Below are positions 1 to 12,004 of a DNA stretch of 39,486 bases, piece by piece (position 1 is the first letter of the stretch; each line of letters begins with the position of its first letter). Both the position numbers and the translations under genes were made by a program. The notes beneath the pieces were generated by a model, which worked only from the letters and a program-made list of their open reading frames with translations, had not been told where the DNA came from and made no database searches. Source of the DNA: Octopus bimaculoides (taxonomy: Eukaryota); NCBI RefSeq assembly GCF_001194135.2, contig NC_068999.1:16863525-16903010 (forward strand), in the 5' to 3' direction.

Positions 1-120
1 AACACCGCAGCCACCACCACCACTACTTCTACTAACACCGCCACCACCATCAACACCTACCCCCACCCCCACCACCACTACTACTAATACCGCCACCAAA
101 TCACCACCAACACCAAACCC

Positions 121-179
<59 letters not shown>

Positions 180-180
180 G
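1..180. repeat. Compound (ACC)n/(ACT)n trinucleotide microsatellite
   Basis: Degenerate CCA/ACC units grading into a pure (ACT)n run at ~126-179. Confidence 0.95.
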
Positions 181-1455
181 CTGAATTTCTTTATCAGTTG
201 TAAGGGCATAGCTTTTATGCTGTTTGAGAAATTGCTGCTGTTAAGACATCTGAAACTAATGCAAAAATAATCACTTCTTGAAATATTTTCGCAAATATTT
301 CCAGTTGTGTCTGCGAAGAGGTTTCCATTCCTACTTATTTCAATTCCTCATATTTCCTGTCAGTGATGGAAAAACACAAGATACATTTCTTTTTACTCAT
401 ATTTCTACTTATATATATATTCCAATTAAAAACTTTTCATGTTTTCATATCTCAAACCTCTCTGATACTTTCCTTTTCTTTGCCACATTGCAATTGATTA
501 TAGCTTTTCTAATACATTCGATAATGATACCGAAGCCAATGTCAGGAGCTAAAATGTATACATTTCTTCGCTTTATTTCGTATGTTACATTATGTAAATG
601 AGACGAAGAAATTCATATTATTATTCGGAAAACCCAGAATTCATGAATATTAAGTGTTAGTAAGAAAGAGAGAAAATGAAAACTATGCAGTTTTCGTACC
701 CCAAGAGTAAATTGAAATATATTAGAAATATAAGCATATAAAAACGCTTCTTTTGTATTGATGGTTTACGTAAAGATATTTGAATTTAATAAATGACGTT
801 ATCCAAAAGAATAGTAATATTATTGCTATGAAGATTTCACATATTATTTCCCAACATCAATAAAAGCAACGAAAACGATATGTATGCATATAAATATATA
901 ATACATACATACATACATACACACATGTATACATGCATCCATACATAAATATATATGTTGTGTGTGTGTATGTACGTATGTATATTCAGAAGCAAAAATA
1001 AAAGTAGGCAGACAAATTTCTTCATCTTCAAGATAATTGTTTTCTTAACATTTGTAAAATATGTCCCCCAGTACACATCATTTTCCAGTGTAGATTTGAC
1101 AATTTCGCAAACAAAAAACTATGTAAGAGACAGCAGCTGCGTCGCCTTTACCTCGAAGTAGCAATCGTTAATCTTCATTTGAAATCGAAGTCATATTTAA
1201 GTTATTCAGCTGAGATAGATATTAAATATCACTTCTTTATGTTTCGACATTGTATCGATGTTTAGGATATCAGGAGCTTATTGCGTAGGATGAATATTGA
1301 CTAAATTGAGAATTTCTTGTTTAATGTGAAATAACTTATTTAAATGATCTGATAGAGAATTACAAATACATATAACCATAGTACATTATGTACATTTGTA
1401 CATACATATTTGCATAGATATACATCCACATGTTAATATTTTTTGCTTGCATAGA

Positions 1456-1645
1456 AAGGCGGCGAGCTAGCAAAATTGTTAACAGGCCGGGCAAAATCTG
1501 TACCTTCCGTACTGCATTGCCACCGAGATCGACTTTGTTTTTCATCCCTTTCGGGGTCGATTATAAAGGATCAGTTGAACCCTGGAGTCAGTGTAATTGA
1601 CTTAGATTCACCACCAAAATTACTGGCCGTGTATCGAAATTTGAA
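1456..1645 (+). mobile_element. SINE family A copy (diverged)
   Basis: aaggcggcgagctag head, core gatcgactttgtttttcatccctttcggggtcga, tail ccaccaaaattactggccgtgt; matches the cleanest copy at 38565-38800. Confidence 0.85.
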
Positions 1646-1989
1646 AACAATACCGTGTTTGCAAAAAGTTGAAAACTATAATTACTATTTTACAGCAAAT
1701 AACAATCTACACATACGCGCGCGCACGCAAGGATGATCAAACATATGACAATATTAAAGATAGTACAATATAACTAATCCTCTTCAGTTGTCGGCTATTC
1801 CGTAAATGGAAAGCCAGAGGTAATTCGTAAATTTGGCAATATGAGCGGCATTGTAGTAGACTTAAGGTACTTGACCTGTCCAGTGTACTTGAAGACTAGT
1901 TTTGTGAGGTGTGGGCATGGAATAAAATGGGGAGACAAGTCTTCTGGGATACGGTGCGAGTTGTGATATGTGAGGAAAGAATATAAACG

Positions 1990-2233
1990 GCACTGTAACT
2001 GAGGACTCCACAGATACCTGCACCCTCATCGCAGATCTCAGGGAGATGCAGCATGATACACAGTGTGACAAGGCTGGCCCTTCGAAATATAGGTACTACT
2101 CATTTTTGCCAGCCGAATGGACTGGACTAACATGAAATAAAGTGTGTTGCTCAAAGACACGACAAGTCGCCGGGAATTGAACTCACGATCTTATGACCGT
2201 GAACCGAATACCCTAACCCCTAAAACGCGCGCC
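1990..2233 (-). mobile_element. tRNA-derived SINE family B (older copy)
   Basis: Minus strand: ggcgcgcg...ggttagggtattcgg...gagttcaattcccgg (A/B-box-like), gtgtctttgagcaacacactt, then aagggccagccttgtcacact...tctgtggagt. Head resembles 35905-36178. Confidence 0.75.
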
Positions 2234-3280
2234 TTGAGAAAAGAATTGAGAGGTAAAAACTCGACGTACATTGACAAGATTGAATGTCTTCGATTTATAG
2301 TAGGATTATGTTAAGACTAATGAGATTTTCTTTATCCTACCTGTCTATGAAAGTTTGAATAGATATGCATGTATATATGTGCATGTTTGTATGCATAACA
2401 TATATAATACCTACATAGGTATATTACATCTATCTATCTATCTATCTATACACACACACACACGTACAAATACATGTGCGTAGAAATGTAAACATAGATA
2501 AAGGATGAGAGAAAGTGGTGGATGATCGTAAGTAAGGGAAAGTCATTACACATACATACAAACATTATTAAATGCTGAGACAAAGGAAGAGTGAGGAGTG
2601 TTAATAGGCGAAACAGAGATTCATTAAATGTCTGATTTCAAATATGTCAGCCTCGAACCAACCAGATAATTGGCGCGGAAACAGTTATTCCAAAACGTCT
2701 AAGACCCAACAAGGGAATGCTAGATATAAAGTCAATGGCAAAAAGGTCGTTCGATATCTCTAAATTGTTTCGTATAACCTTGTCAGGCATCAGCTAAAGT
2801 ATGCATTACCCCTCACTCGTGAGATTTGCAAGCGGCGTTATAGTTTTGCCAAGAGTCAAGACAAACGATTATATATATACCTCCTCCCATGTCGAAGCTC
2901 ATCATTCCCAGCTGAGATAATGATGATAAAAATTTCGTTGAAACGTACAAAATCTGATCGTAACGACAACAAACTATCGCACAAAATATCCAATACTCAC
3001 TCAAACAGAGAAATATTTTCGTTGTACCTTTTGACATGTTTTTGCTAAACATATTCACATTCACATGAGAGCGAAGAAATATACTTAAAGAGGCCCGACA
3101 ATGATATTGATACTCTGTCTTTTGAATATCCTGCTCAAATTTAATGAGACAAAGAAAGCGAATCATCACTTAATATGCAAATGAAAACGAAACCTTACCA
3201 GATTTTATAACGTCACTACGATAACGTCGCACTAGATTAAGAGCTTACACTATAGAACGCCAGTTATTATAACATATATT

Positions 3281-3493
3281 AAGGCGTTGAGTTAGTAGAA
3301 TCGTTAGCACACCAGGCAAAATGCTTAGTGGTATTTCGTCCGTCTTTGCATTCTGAATTCAAATTCCACCGGGGTTGACTTTGCCTCTCATCTACGCTGG
3401 GTCGATAAAATAAATACCAGCTGAACACTGGGGTTGATATAGTAGTCTTACGCCCACCTTAAAATATTTGGCCTTGTGCCAAAGTTTGGAATC
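3281..3493 (+). mobile_element. SINE family A copy
   Basis: aaggcgttgagttagtagaatcgttagcac...aaatgcttagtggtatttcgtc...gaattcaaattccacc...gggtcgataaaataaataccag...ggccttgtgccaaagtttg. Confidence 0.9.
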
Positions 3494-3562
3494 ATTATAA
3501 CATATACTTGTCGTACCCGTGGGAATGTGTCGGCCTATTTTATGATAGAGTGTCAATTATAA

Positions 3563-3828
3563 TCATCTCCTCCTTTGATAATAACTTCCTGTTATATCTT
3601 TTACGATCCTTTCATTAATTTCTTGGAAATCTTGTCTATTCTCTTCGGTCATGTATTCTCTTCTAGCTTGTATTCTCTTTCTTGCTCGTTTATATTTTTG
3701 CTTTCTTTTTTTTTATTAGCATTTCTCGTTCTTTCCCTATTAGCTTCAACTTCATTAGTCATCGTATGAGACCTTCTAGCTCGATTTCTCGCATTTATTT
3801 CTAAATTTTTCTCCTGAGTTAAATACTC
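3563..3828 (-). pseudogene. Frameshifted, highly charged (R/E/K) ORF relic, possibly the N-terminal repeat region of a Helitron RepHel
   Basis: Reads TQEKNLEINARNRARRSHTMTNEVEANRERTRNANKKK / RKQKYKRARKRIQARREYMTEENRQDFQEINERIVKDITGSYYQRRR*. The single frameshift falls in the 9-T run at 3706-3714. Helitron assignment is inference from composition only. Confidence 0.3.
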
Positions 3829-4338
3829 TCATCGTTCTTCATTCTATCTTCATTATTCTTAATTTTTATACTTTCATTTTACCCATTTCACAATCTGTTC
3901 CTCTTCTACTATTCTTCTCTCTATCTTGTGAATTATGATCATTGTCCCCGTGATACCAAAAACAAAAAAAACTCGGTTTCAGTAATAAAATATTTTTAGA
4001 TACACTTGATATATAGTTTGTAACACCTGCATCCAGAATATACAACAACATATCTTTTACAAAGAAAGTAACAAACATGGTTATTAATACGTACAGAGTT
4101 GGAAAAACTCTTTCTAAAGGATATACCGTTACATATATTTTACGAAGGAAGGCAGTTTTCTATTATGTATATGTCGGTATAATAAAGATTGTGATTGTGT
4201 GAATTTATGCATAATGAACATTACATATAAATACATGCAATTCAATTCAATAAACAATATATTTTAAATATCTAATTATCCATTACCATTCAGACTTGAA
4301 ACTCGGAGTAGCTGAAGTATAAACGATAGTTCATGTGA

Positions 4339-4389
<51 letters not shown>

Positions 4390-4506
4390 CATACATAAAG
4401 AGATAAAAAAGTGTATTTATATATATAAAAAGCTGTACTATATAAATGGTTGCATACATAAGTGTACGTACGTATGCAAGAATGTACGTATGTTTGTATG
4501 CATGTA

Positions 4507-4544
<38 letters not shown>

Positions 4545-5415
4545 TATATATGTGTGTGTGTGGATACGCATTGGTTCATGTGTGAGCAGATTCGTCGGTG
4601 TATTATATGTGTTAGTGTAAGTTGTGTATGCAATTCAAGTAAGAATAGGTTGGCATGTGAATGTGTCTGCAAAGATTTTGTTGTTATTTTTTATTTATTT
4701 AGCTTTTGTCTGCGTGCTTTTCTCTATGTATCTCCACGTATGTATTTGTGAGCTGGAATGTCTGTACGTAATGAACGTGCTAGTTGTTTTTGTACCAGAC
4801 TGCTGTACACTATTTATCGTCATTAACGTTTCTTTTCACCGCAGTTTACGGAGTAATATTTGAAAAGATCTTTCATGTGGCAATCAGTCGAAGTAACCGG
4901 AGATTAAAAGTTTGATCAATGATTCTGAGTGGTTTCTTTTTGAACTGTGCTTTGCAGTTCATTCTCACCTTATATATTCATTTCTACTCGTGCAAGGAAG
5001 AAAAGAGTAAAGGATAGAGGTAGAGATGTAAATAATCTTTATGTTTACGTATTCATTGCACATACATCCTGAACAAGTTAATATCCACCGCTCTCCCTAT
5101 ACGGTTGCATATATAAACAAGTACAGAGCCAGAAACGCATGCACATAACAGATTCAAAGTAAGTGACTAGTTTGTTGATTGACGTGTTAGAAACATCAAA
5201 CTGCATCATTTCAGACCATATACTCACAGAATAACTAAGCAAAGATTGGCATTTCTAGGTACCCGTACAAAGACGTGATGATCACAACTGGAAAGTCTTC
5301 AGTAAAAGATACGCTAGACAACAACAACTTGCGAATGAACAAGCCACTAAAGACGCTTCTTCGCAACCATTGTCAAGCTAAAATTACTAGCAAAATATCA
5401 TTTCAGTTACTTCAT

Positions 5416-5515
5416 NNNNNNNNNNNNNNNNNNNNNNNNNNNNNNNNNNNNNNNNNNNNNNNNNNNNNNNNNNNNNNNNNNNNNNNNNNNNNNNNNNNNN
5501 NNNNNNNNNNNNNNN
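5416..5515. other. Assembly gap (100 N)
   Basis: Run of exactly 100 N, typical of an unsized scaffold join. Other gaps: 13086-13228, 20102-20111, 21954-21963, 31047-31097, 35362-35371, 36121-36130. Confidence 0.95.
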
Positions 5516-5550
<35 letters not shown>

Positions 5551-6539
5551 GTGTGTATAGATGATTTAAATGATATTTACACGCACACTCACTCACTCAC
5601 ACATCAATATATGCAAGTATCGATATATGAACCAATGAATATGAAAATGAGATAGTATAGAACTGTCTGGAACTCCTCCGGTTCAAGAAAGTGCAACAAT
5701 TTATTGGAGAGAAACCCTATGACTATGAACCCATAAAACACATACTCAGGTAAGCTTAAGCAGGCGTTAGAATGTTGCATCGACAAAGCACTGAAATCTA
5801 ACGTTCCAAGCAGTGCATACTTTAAACGTTACGTTAATCTTCAACTTCTCAGTAAAATATAATATTCCACTTTGTAAACATTTTGTCATTTGTCGCAATC
5901 GTTGATTTAAAACTAAATATTTCACTATGGCCTTATTGATATTTTTCTCTTTCTTAAAAACAATAGCTGACATATCCGTACTTTTATTTGACTGATTAGC
6001 TTAATTTCATTTAACTAATCTATTCTTTTGAATGGAAACATCATTGTAATAAGTATATGTCTCACAAGTGTAATTAGTTGAGCTAATCAAAGAATTTCAT
6101 ATGAAACGTCTGCGTGTTCGAGGTAAGTTTTACCAGTCTTAGTATTAAATTAATGTTAATGTACTTTTCTAATTGTATAAAATACACGGTTGTTTATTTT
6201 CTTATTGCACCTTGACCCTATAAAATGTTAATACCTACTGTCGTTACCCGTAAGAATTTCACGCTTTACAAGAATTTCCATTTTCATAATTTCCTTTACT
6301 GCATAAATAATGCATCTGTACAAAATTCTGTCTTTTTGGTTATGTGTTTGGTACTGTTCCATAGTCATGGATGTTTAAAACATAAATCTTAAATTTGTTC
6401 TATTTTCTTAAATATTTCAGTTATACCTTTAATTCCGTTTCATAGTTAAGATTTTTAAAAGCGAAAATTGCAGTGCACGAACACCGTGAAAAATAGGATA
6501 ATATAATGTCTGCACGAAGTCAGAAATATGAAGAGAAGA

Positions 6540-6730
6540 GATATGAATGGTTGTTTTAATTTAAGCAAATACGGTGGTTATACTACTTATGTTATGAGTC
6601 ACAGAGGGAAGAATTGCAAATTAAAGTCTAGAGGGACTTGTACGCAGAGCTTAAATAGACTTAATTGAAAACAACATGGAATTCAGGTGGGTCTCTCTTA
6701 CAATTATTCCCACTTAATCATTCGCTTCCT
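6540..6730 (+). mobile_element. Possible heavily decayed Helitron Rep fragment
   Basis: Translations WLF*FKQIRWLYYLCYESQREELQIKV*RDLYAEL and DLIENNMEFRWVSLTIIPT*SF loosely follow the Helitron Rep pattern LFQQ..VD....ES.RL...R..LY.GL....G...ILPSSF (from memory). Confidence 0.22.
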
Positions 6731-7113
6731 TCACAGCGAAATGAGTTATTGAAAGTTGATATTTTTAGCTTTGGATGTTGGTATTGTAATTGTGAAATAT
6801 ATTTTGACCTAATTAAGGAGTCTTCAAAGAATTTCCTGCGATGATCACCATATTTGACATATTCTTCCGCGTTTTGTTTCATTACCTTTAACAGAAAAAC
6901 ACGGTTTTTAAGGGGGGGGCTGTGTTATCTCTAATACGATAATAAACCATGTAAAGGATTCCTTTTTGGTTTGTACGTTATTGCGAACTCAGTGGGATGA
7001 CTGAAATAGAATTTAAATGAAGACATACTCTTACATATATTTTGATTCCTACTTCAAGTTAACAAACATATTAGTTACGTATTACATTCTATTCAAAGTA
7101 GCATAACCATTAT

Positions 7114-7152
7114 CGATCTATACCAGTATGTATTGAATACTGGTATAGATCG
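7114..7152. repeat. Perfect hairpin, 16-bp stem and 7-nt loop
   Basis: cgatctataccagtat-gtattga-atactggtatagatcg. Confidence 0.95.
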
Positions 7153-7971
7153 GAGACGGTTATGCAATAGGATTTGTCTAAATGATAACTAAAGGCATCT
7201 ATACTGACGAATTTAAAGTTCTTTTAGCAAACATCGCAAAAGAAAAGAACATCTTATTGAGACTTAATAAATATTTTTCCCACCAGTAATTCTTCTCTGG
7301 CATACGTAGCAAAATCACATGCTCATATATTTAAGAGATGCAACGTAATAGAATATTTCAATCACCACTATTTAACTGTATTTATTGATTTGGAATATTG
7401 AAAAACAAAATTGTTATTAGAGTGGTACGGGCAATAAATAGAGTTAGACAATTCGTTTCGCATGTGTTAACATTACCAACATTAAAAATTACTTTCGGTA
7501 ATAACAAAACACTTCAGATAAACGATTCATATTAAGCGAAACACATGGAGTTGGTCTATGTCCCACCTACTGCGATAGTAACATTTCTAAACAGTTTTAT
7601 TTCTTTGGTACACACACGCATACGCATGTACATATACGTATAAACATGTATATACATATATAATATATATGGGCAGGGATGTTTAAAAACACTAAGTCAA
7701 AAAGGAAGGCAATTTATAGTTTGCCAGGAATGGTTTCGTTGCAATTTCCACCGTGCAGAAAGTCATTCATCAATGTCCTAGATAAATTAATACTGCAGTG
7801 TTATACGAGTCATGATGTTATCTGTGTTTCTAATATAACCAACGTGGAAGAATACAGAAATTTTCTTACACGAAAGAAACAGCATCAATACGTGTTTGTG
7901 ACGAAATATTCTTTAGAAACCCTCGTTACAAATTGTATGCGTGTTTAAACACATACCTCTCTCTCCCTCAC

Positions 7972-8162
<191 letters not shown>

Positions 8163-8494
8163 ATATAACTAACGAGCTGTAAATACAAACACGCATACAT
8201 ACAAACATACATAACATACATAGATACGTGTGCGTGTACATCTGTGTATCTGTATGAGCGGTTGAGCGTGTGTGTGTGTGCTACAAAAATGCACTGTGAG
8301 TATATAGGAATCTACAATTGCTTACTTTTTGTGCTATTCTGCAGGAGAAGATCCATTTCCTTGACGGCCTGCTTAACTGATTATCTTACGATCCTCAGAG
8401 ATGTATCCGCCGTCATTACTCAATGACGAAATTACATACATAATATATATACCTTACTAAAAATAATGCATACATATATGTATATATATACTGA

Positions 8495-8603
8495 GCGTTG
8501 TGTGTGTTTATATAAACACACACAACGCCCGGTCTGGGAATCGAAACCGCGATCCTCCGACCGCGATTCCGCTGCCCTAACCACTGGTCCATTGCGCCTC
8601 CAC
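8495..8603 (-). mobile_element. 3'-truncated SINE family B ending in a fold-back palindrome
   Basis: Minus strand gtggaggcgcaatggaccagtggttagggcagcggaatcgcggtcggaggatcgcggtttcgattcccagaccgggcgttgtg nearly matches 35905-35990. It stops at gtttat and its last 17 nt are repeated inverted (palindrome 8495-8528). Confidence 0.9.
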
Positions 8604-8677
8604 ATATGTATATAGACATATGTATATATTATATATATATATATGTGTGTGTATGTATGTATGTACGCATGTAAGTT

Positions 8678-8726
<49 letters not shown>

Positions 8727-8952
8727 GCATAGATATATGTACATCCACTTTGCTACCCATTATTTACTAGTTCTACATTTGCTCACGAAATGACGTGCAA
8801 CACTTGATAATGAGGCTGTGACAGCATCTTTTATTCTAGTTCTTTTTGTTTCTACCAATTCCAGCCGCTAAGTTAACTCATTCATGATTTTTATCACTGT
8901 CTGTGACCTTATCGATGATTACCATCGTCTACAATTTTATGAATTTTACAGG

Positions 8953-9140
8953 CTTTATTATGTTGTTTAAATGTTTTTTCCTGTTCTTATGTTTGCATGT
9001 TAAATGGTTTTATGAACGGTCCGACCATACACAATACAACTGTATAGTCCATTATGTACATGCATTATAAAGGAACTGATTTTGAATTAAGGCAAGTTTC
9101 GCTGTGTTTCTGTCAAGTCAGTTGAATATATCAATGCTAC
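8953..9140 (+). repeat. Local direct duplication, copy 1 (copy 2 at 10765-10952)
   Basis: ctttattatgttgtttaaat...atgaacggtcc...gtatagtccatta...cgctgtgtttctgtcaa...gttgaatatatcaatgctac aligns without gaps to copy 2, with scattered substitutions. Confidence 0.95.
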
Positions 9141-10459
9141 GTTATTAGTTTTGAAGCGCTTCTCTAAGTGTCAAATTTTAAAGGTAGCTGGGATTTGTGA
9201 TTAGCTATTTAATTTAGGGCTTAAACTACTGATTCGAGAGAAAATGCATATTACTTCCAACATACATGGAATTCGATTTGTATTGAGCAATATCAGGCAA
9301 TGATATTTACAGTGAAGCCGCGAATTTTATAGAAGGGAGGAGAAATATATTACAAATAAACAGCAAGAGGGTAAGATATACCTGTAGTATACGAAGTGCT
9401 TATGATTTTGAGAAACGCTTGTTGTATCAATGGCATCAAAGTATTAAAAAGAACATACACAGTACTGGAAAAGGGATGCAGTGAGGGTAACCTTGATGCG
9501 TGGCCTCGTTTTCCTAGAAGAAACAACCAATTTATACTCATATCATTAACTATATGTTAATTTTGTATTCGAACCCCTGACATATGTCTATAAAATAACA
9601 AGTATTGCCATTAAAATACTGCCTTTTATTTGAAATTTGCCTTCTTGATCAGGGTTCATATGTATACTAAAGAATGACTCCAATAATCACAATAACTATC
9701 AGAAACCTGTTCAGGAAAACTGGGACGATATTTCATCTATATGTGTTCATAAAAACGTTTATACCTTAATATTATAATCGATATTAAAATGTTTGTGTAT
9801 TTACTATTCTACAAAATTCATTTACATATTCCAAAGAATTTTATATTAACATACATTTTTATTGCCAACATTTCAATTAAATAACTTAATGTATGTTTTG
9901 AGGTAAATAATAACTAAAATATTTTATATCATTTTATGATTATTGTAATGTTTCTTTTTTTATTTCATTTGCCTTAATTTAGTTTAAATATATGCTTCTT
10001 GTAAGTGTTTAAGCATCTGTGTGCGTGTGTCATTTTATTTGTGTGTATGTGTAATTTAATTTGTGTGTATGTGTAATTTAATTTAAACCATCTCTGCAAC
10101 ATTTATTGTTCTTCCATGAATGCAGAAAAATGTTCTTCAACCGTTATTATTTTCCTAATAATCATAATAATAACAATCATTCTTTTATTGGCCACACAAA
10201 GCAATATTTATGTGTGTGTCGGCGCGTGTGTTTATGTGTGTGTGTTACGTATGTATGTAAACGTTTGATACATTGAAGGATTACAAAATGCGCAAAGTTG
10301 TACATATATGCATAATAAACGAGGAGTGGGTAAGAAACCTAACACAATATACTATTAAAGTTTAAAGATTTTGTGTGAAAAGGAATAAAAATACGTGACA
10401 AATATTACTGTTATGCAAAATAAATCTAAATTATGTATTTTTCCTCATTCTCCCAATAG

Positions 10460-10590
10460 AAAACAACTCTGCAATATTCCGTTAGATATTTAGAGGTTAC
10501 CAAGACGTGGAGGTTTGTGCAAAGCAAACCCGATTATATTTTACTGCGTGTCACACCTGCACCCACAACATGTCAGTGCCTTGCGGAAAG
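10460..10590 (+). other. Candidate internal exon (unverified)
   Basis: Strong acceptor tttttcctcattctcccaatag, donor AAG|GTAACG, only one open frame (KTTLQYSVRYLEVTKTWRFVQSKPDYILLRVTPAPTTCQCLAE). No homology recognised. Confidence 0.2.
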
Positions 10591-10764
10591 GTAACGAAAA
10601 GCGAAGAAACTACAGTGATCACTGGGCCTGAATTTTGCATCCCAAACTTTGTAAACGGACATTAAATTCCAGCATTACATATCTCTTCTGATAAGAAAGA
10701 CTAGGTACACCTTTCCATTTGCTCTGCCGTTGTCGGTATATTGCAGGTTCTGATACTTCTGAGT

Positions 10765-10952
10765 CTTTATTATGTTGTTTAAATATTTTTTCCTGTTTCT
10801 ATGTTTGTATGTTAAATAGATTTATGAACGGTCCAACCGTACGCTACACAACTGTATAGTCCATTATATACATGCATTATAAAAAAACTGATTTTGACTT
10901 AAGGTAAGCTTCGCTGTGTTTCTGTCAAATCAGTTGAATATATCAATGCTAC
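10765..10952 (+). repeat. Local direct duplication, copy 2
   Basis: See 8953-9140. Confidence 0.95.
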
Positions 10953-11427
10953 TTCTTCCAACATTTATTACGAGGTTATATAGAATCCTCCGTATTTTGA
11001 TAAGGAGCCTAATTACGTTTTAATACATACCATGTTATAAATATTTTCGTCGAGCAATGAGGCGCTGTATTTTGCTACAACTTTCCATTGAGCTGGCTCA
11101 CGGCGACTTCTTTCTTTTTAACCACAAATTTTGAGACAGGTGGAAAGGTATTGTTGTTTGTATCCTTTTTGTTTCTGTGTTAACTGATACTTTCATTTAA
11201 ATATATTCAATAAGCTGTGTTGTTGCATTTTCCTTTATGATATCGTTAGCTTTACATTCAATTTCTCTATTTGGAAACAATTTTGGGGGGCATTAATCTT
11301 TACATTATTCAGAGAGATGTATCACTTCTGCGTGCAGACTTATTGCTCCTTCTTCTGAGGCAGCTACCTGACATCTGGGTAAATACTCTAAATGATCGTT
11401 ATGATCATGCCAATGACGGTGGTGGAC

Positions 11428-11695
11428 ATTATTATTGTTATTGAGTGAGAGAGCAGTGCATGCCATCAAAGTGACACTTGGGTACAATTATACGAAGTCT
11501 AATATACCCATCAGGACTACCCGTCTGATAAGGGTACACCAGGTATATGCATCACAGCCATGTGTACGCGACATGGTTATCTCATATCAAGGTAAACAGC
11601 GCATGATTTTGCAGGTGCGGCCCATTTAGAATATTCTTCAGGTCGAGTAGCCCTTCCCAGTAAAAAGGCCCCTGAGAAAGGTTTGTTTAAGGATG
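11428..11695 (-). mobile_element. Retroposon family C with (AAT)n tail
   Basis: Reverse complement aligns with 37142-37427; both translate PSVTxMACTALSLNNNN in the ORF track. May extend to ~11857, which is not checkable within the window. Confidence 0.85.
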
Positions 11696-11965
11696 ATGAA
11701 AGAAACACCCATGTTTCCAGAGGCGAATTATTGAAAGTCCTTGAATTCCTTTCAACACATAGCTACGCTGCTCTCCCACTAATGCTCGAGATGCACATAT
11801 CGTCAGCCACCAAGGGACATGCTCAAATGGTTATGGTCAAGCAACTGACAAGCGAATTTTCTTCTTCTTCTTCTCCTCTTCCACTTCCTCCTCCTCCTCC
11901 TCCTCCTCCTCATTATTATTAAGGTGATGAGCTGTCCCAATCTTTTTTTTTCTTCTTTACTTTTT

Positions 11966-12004
11966 GGTGACATATCCGCCGAGGTGACATGTCCGCTGAG
12001 GTGA
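11966..12004. repeat. 17-bp tandem repeat x2.3
   Basis: ggtgacatatccgccga ggtgacatgtccgctga ggtga. Confidence 0.8.

Noticed and set aside
2813-3169. 118-aa Cys/Trp-containing minus-strand ORF
   Set aside because: No recognisable domain spacing, and the nearby donor-bounded segment at ~3200-3250 has stops in all three frames.
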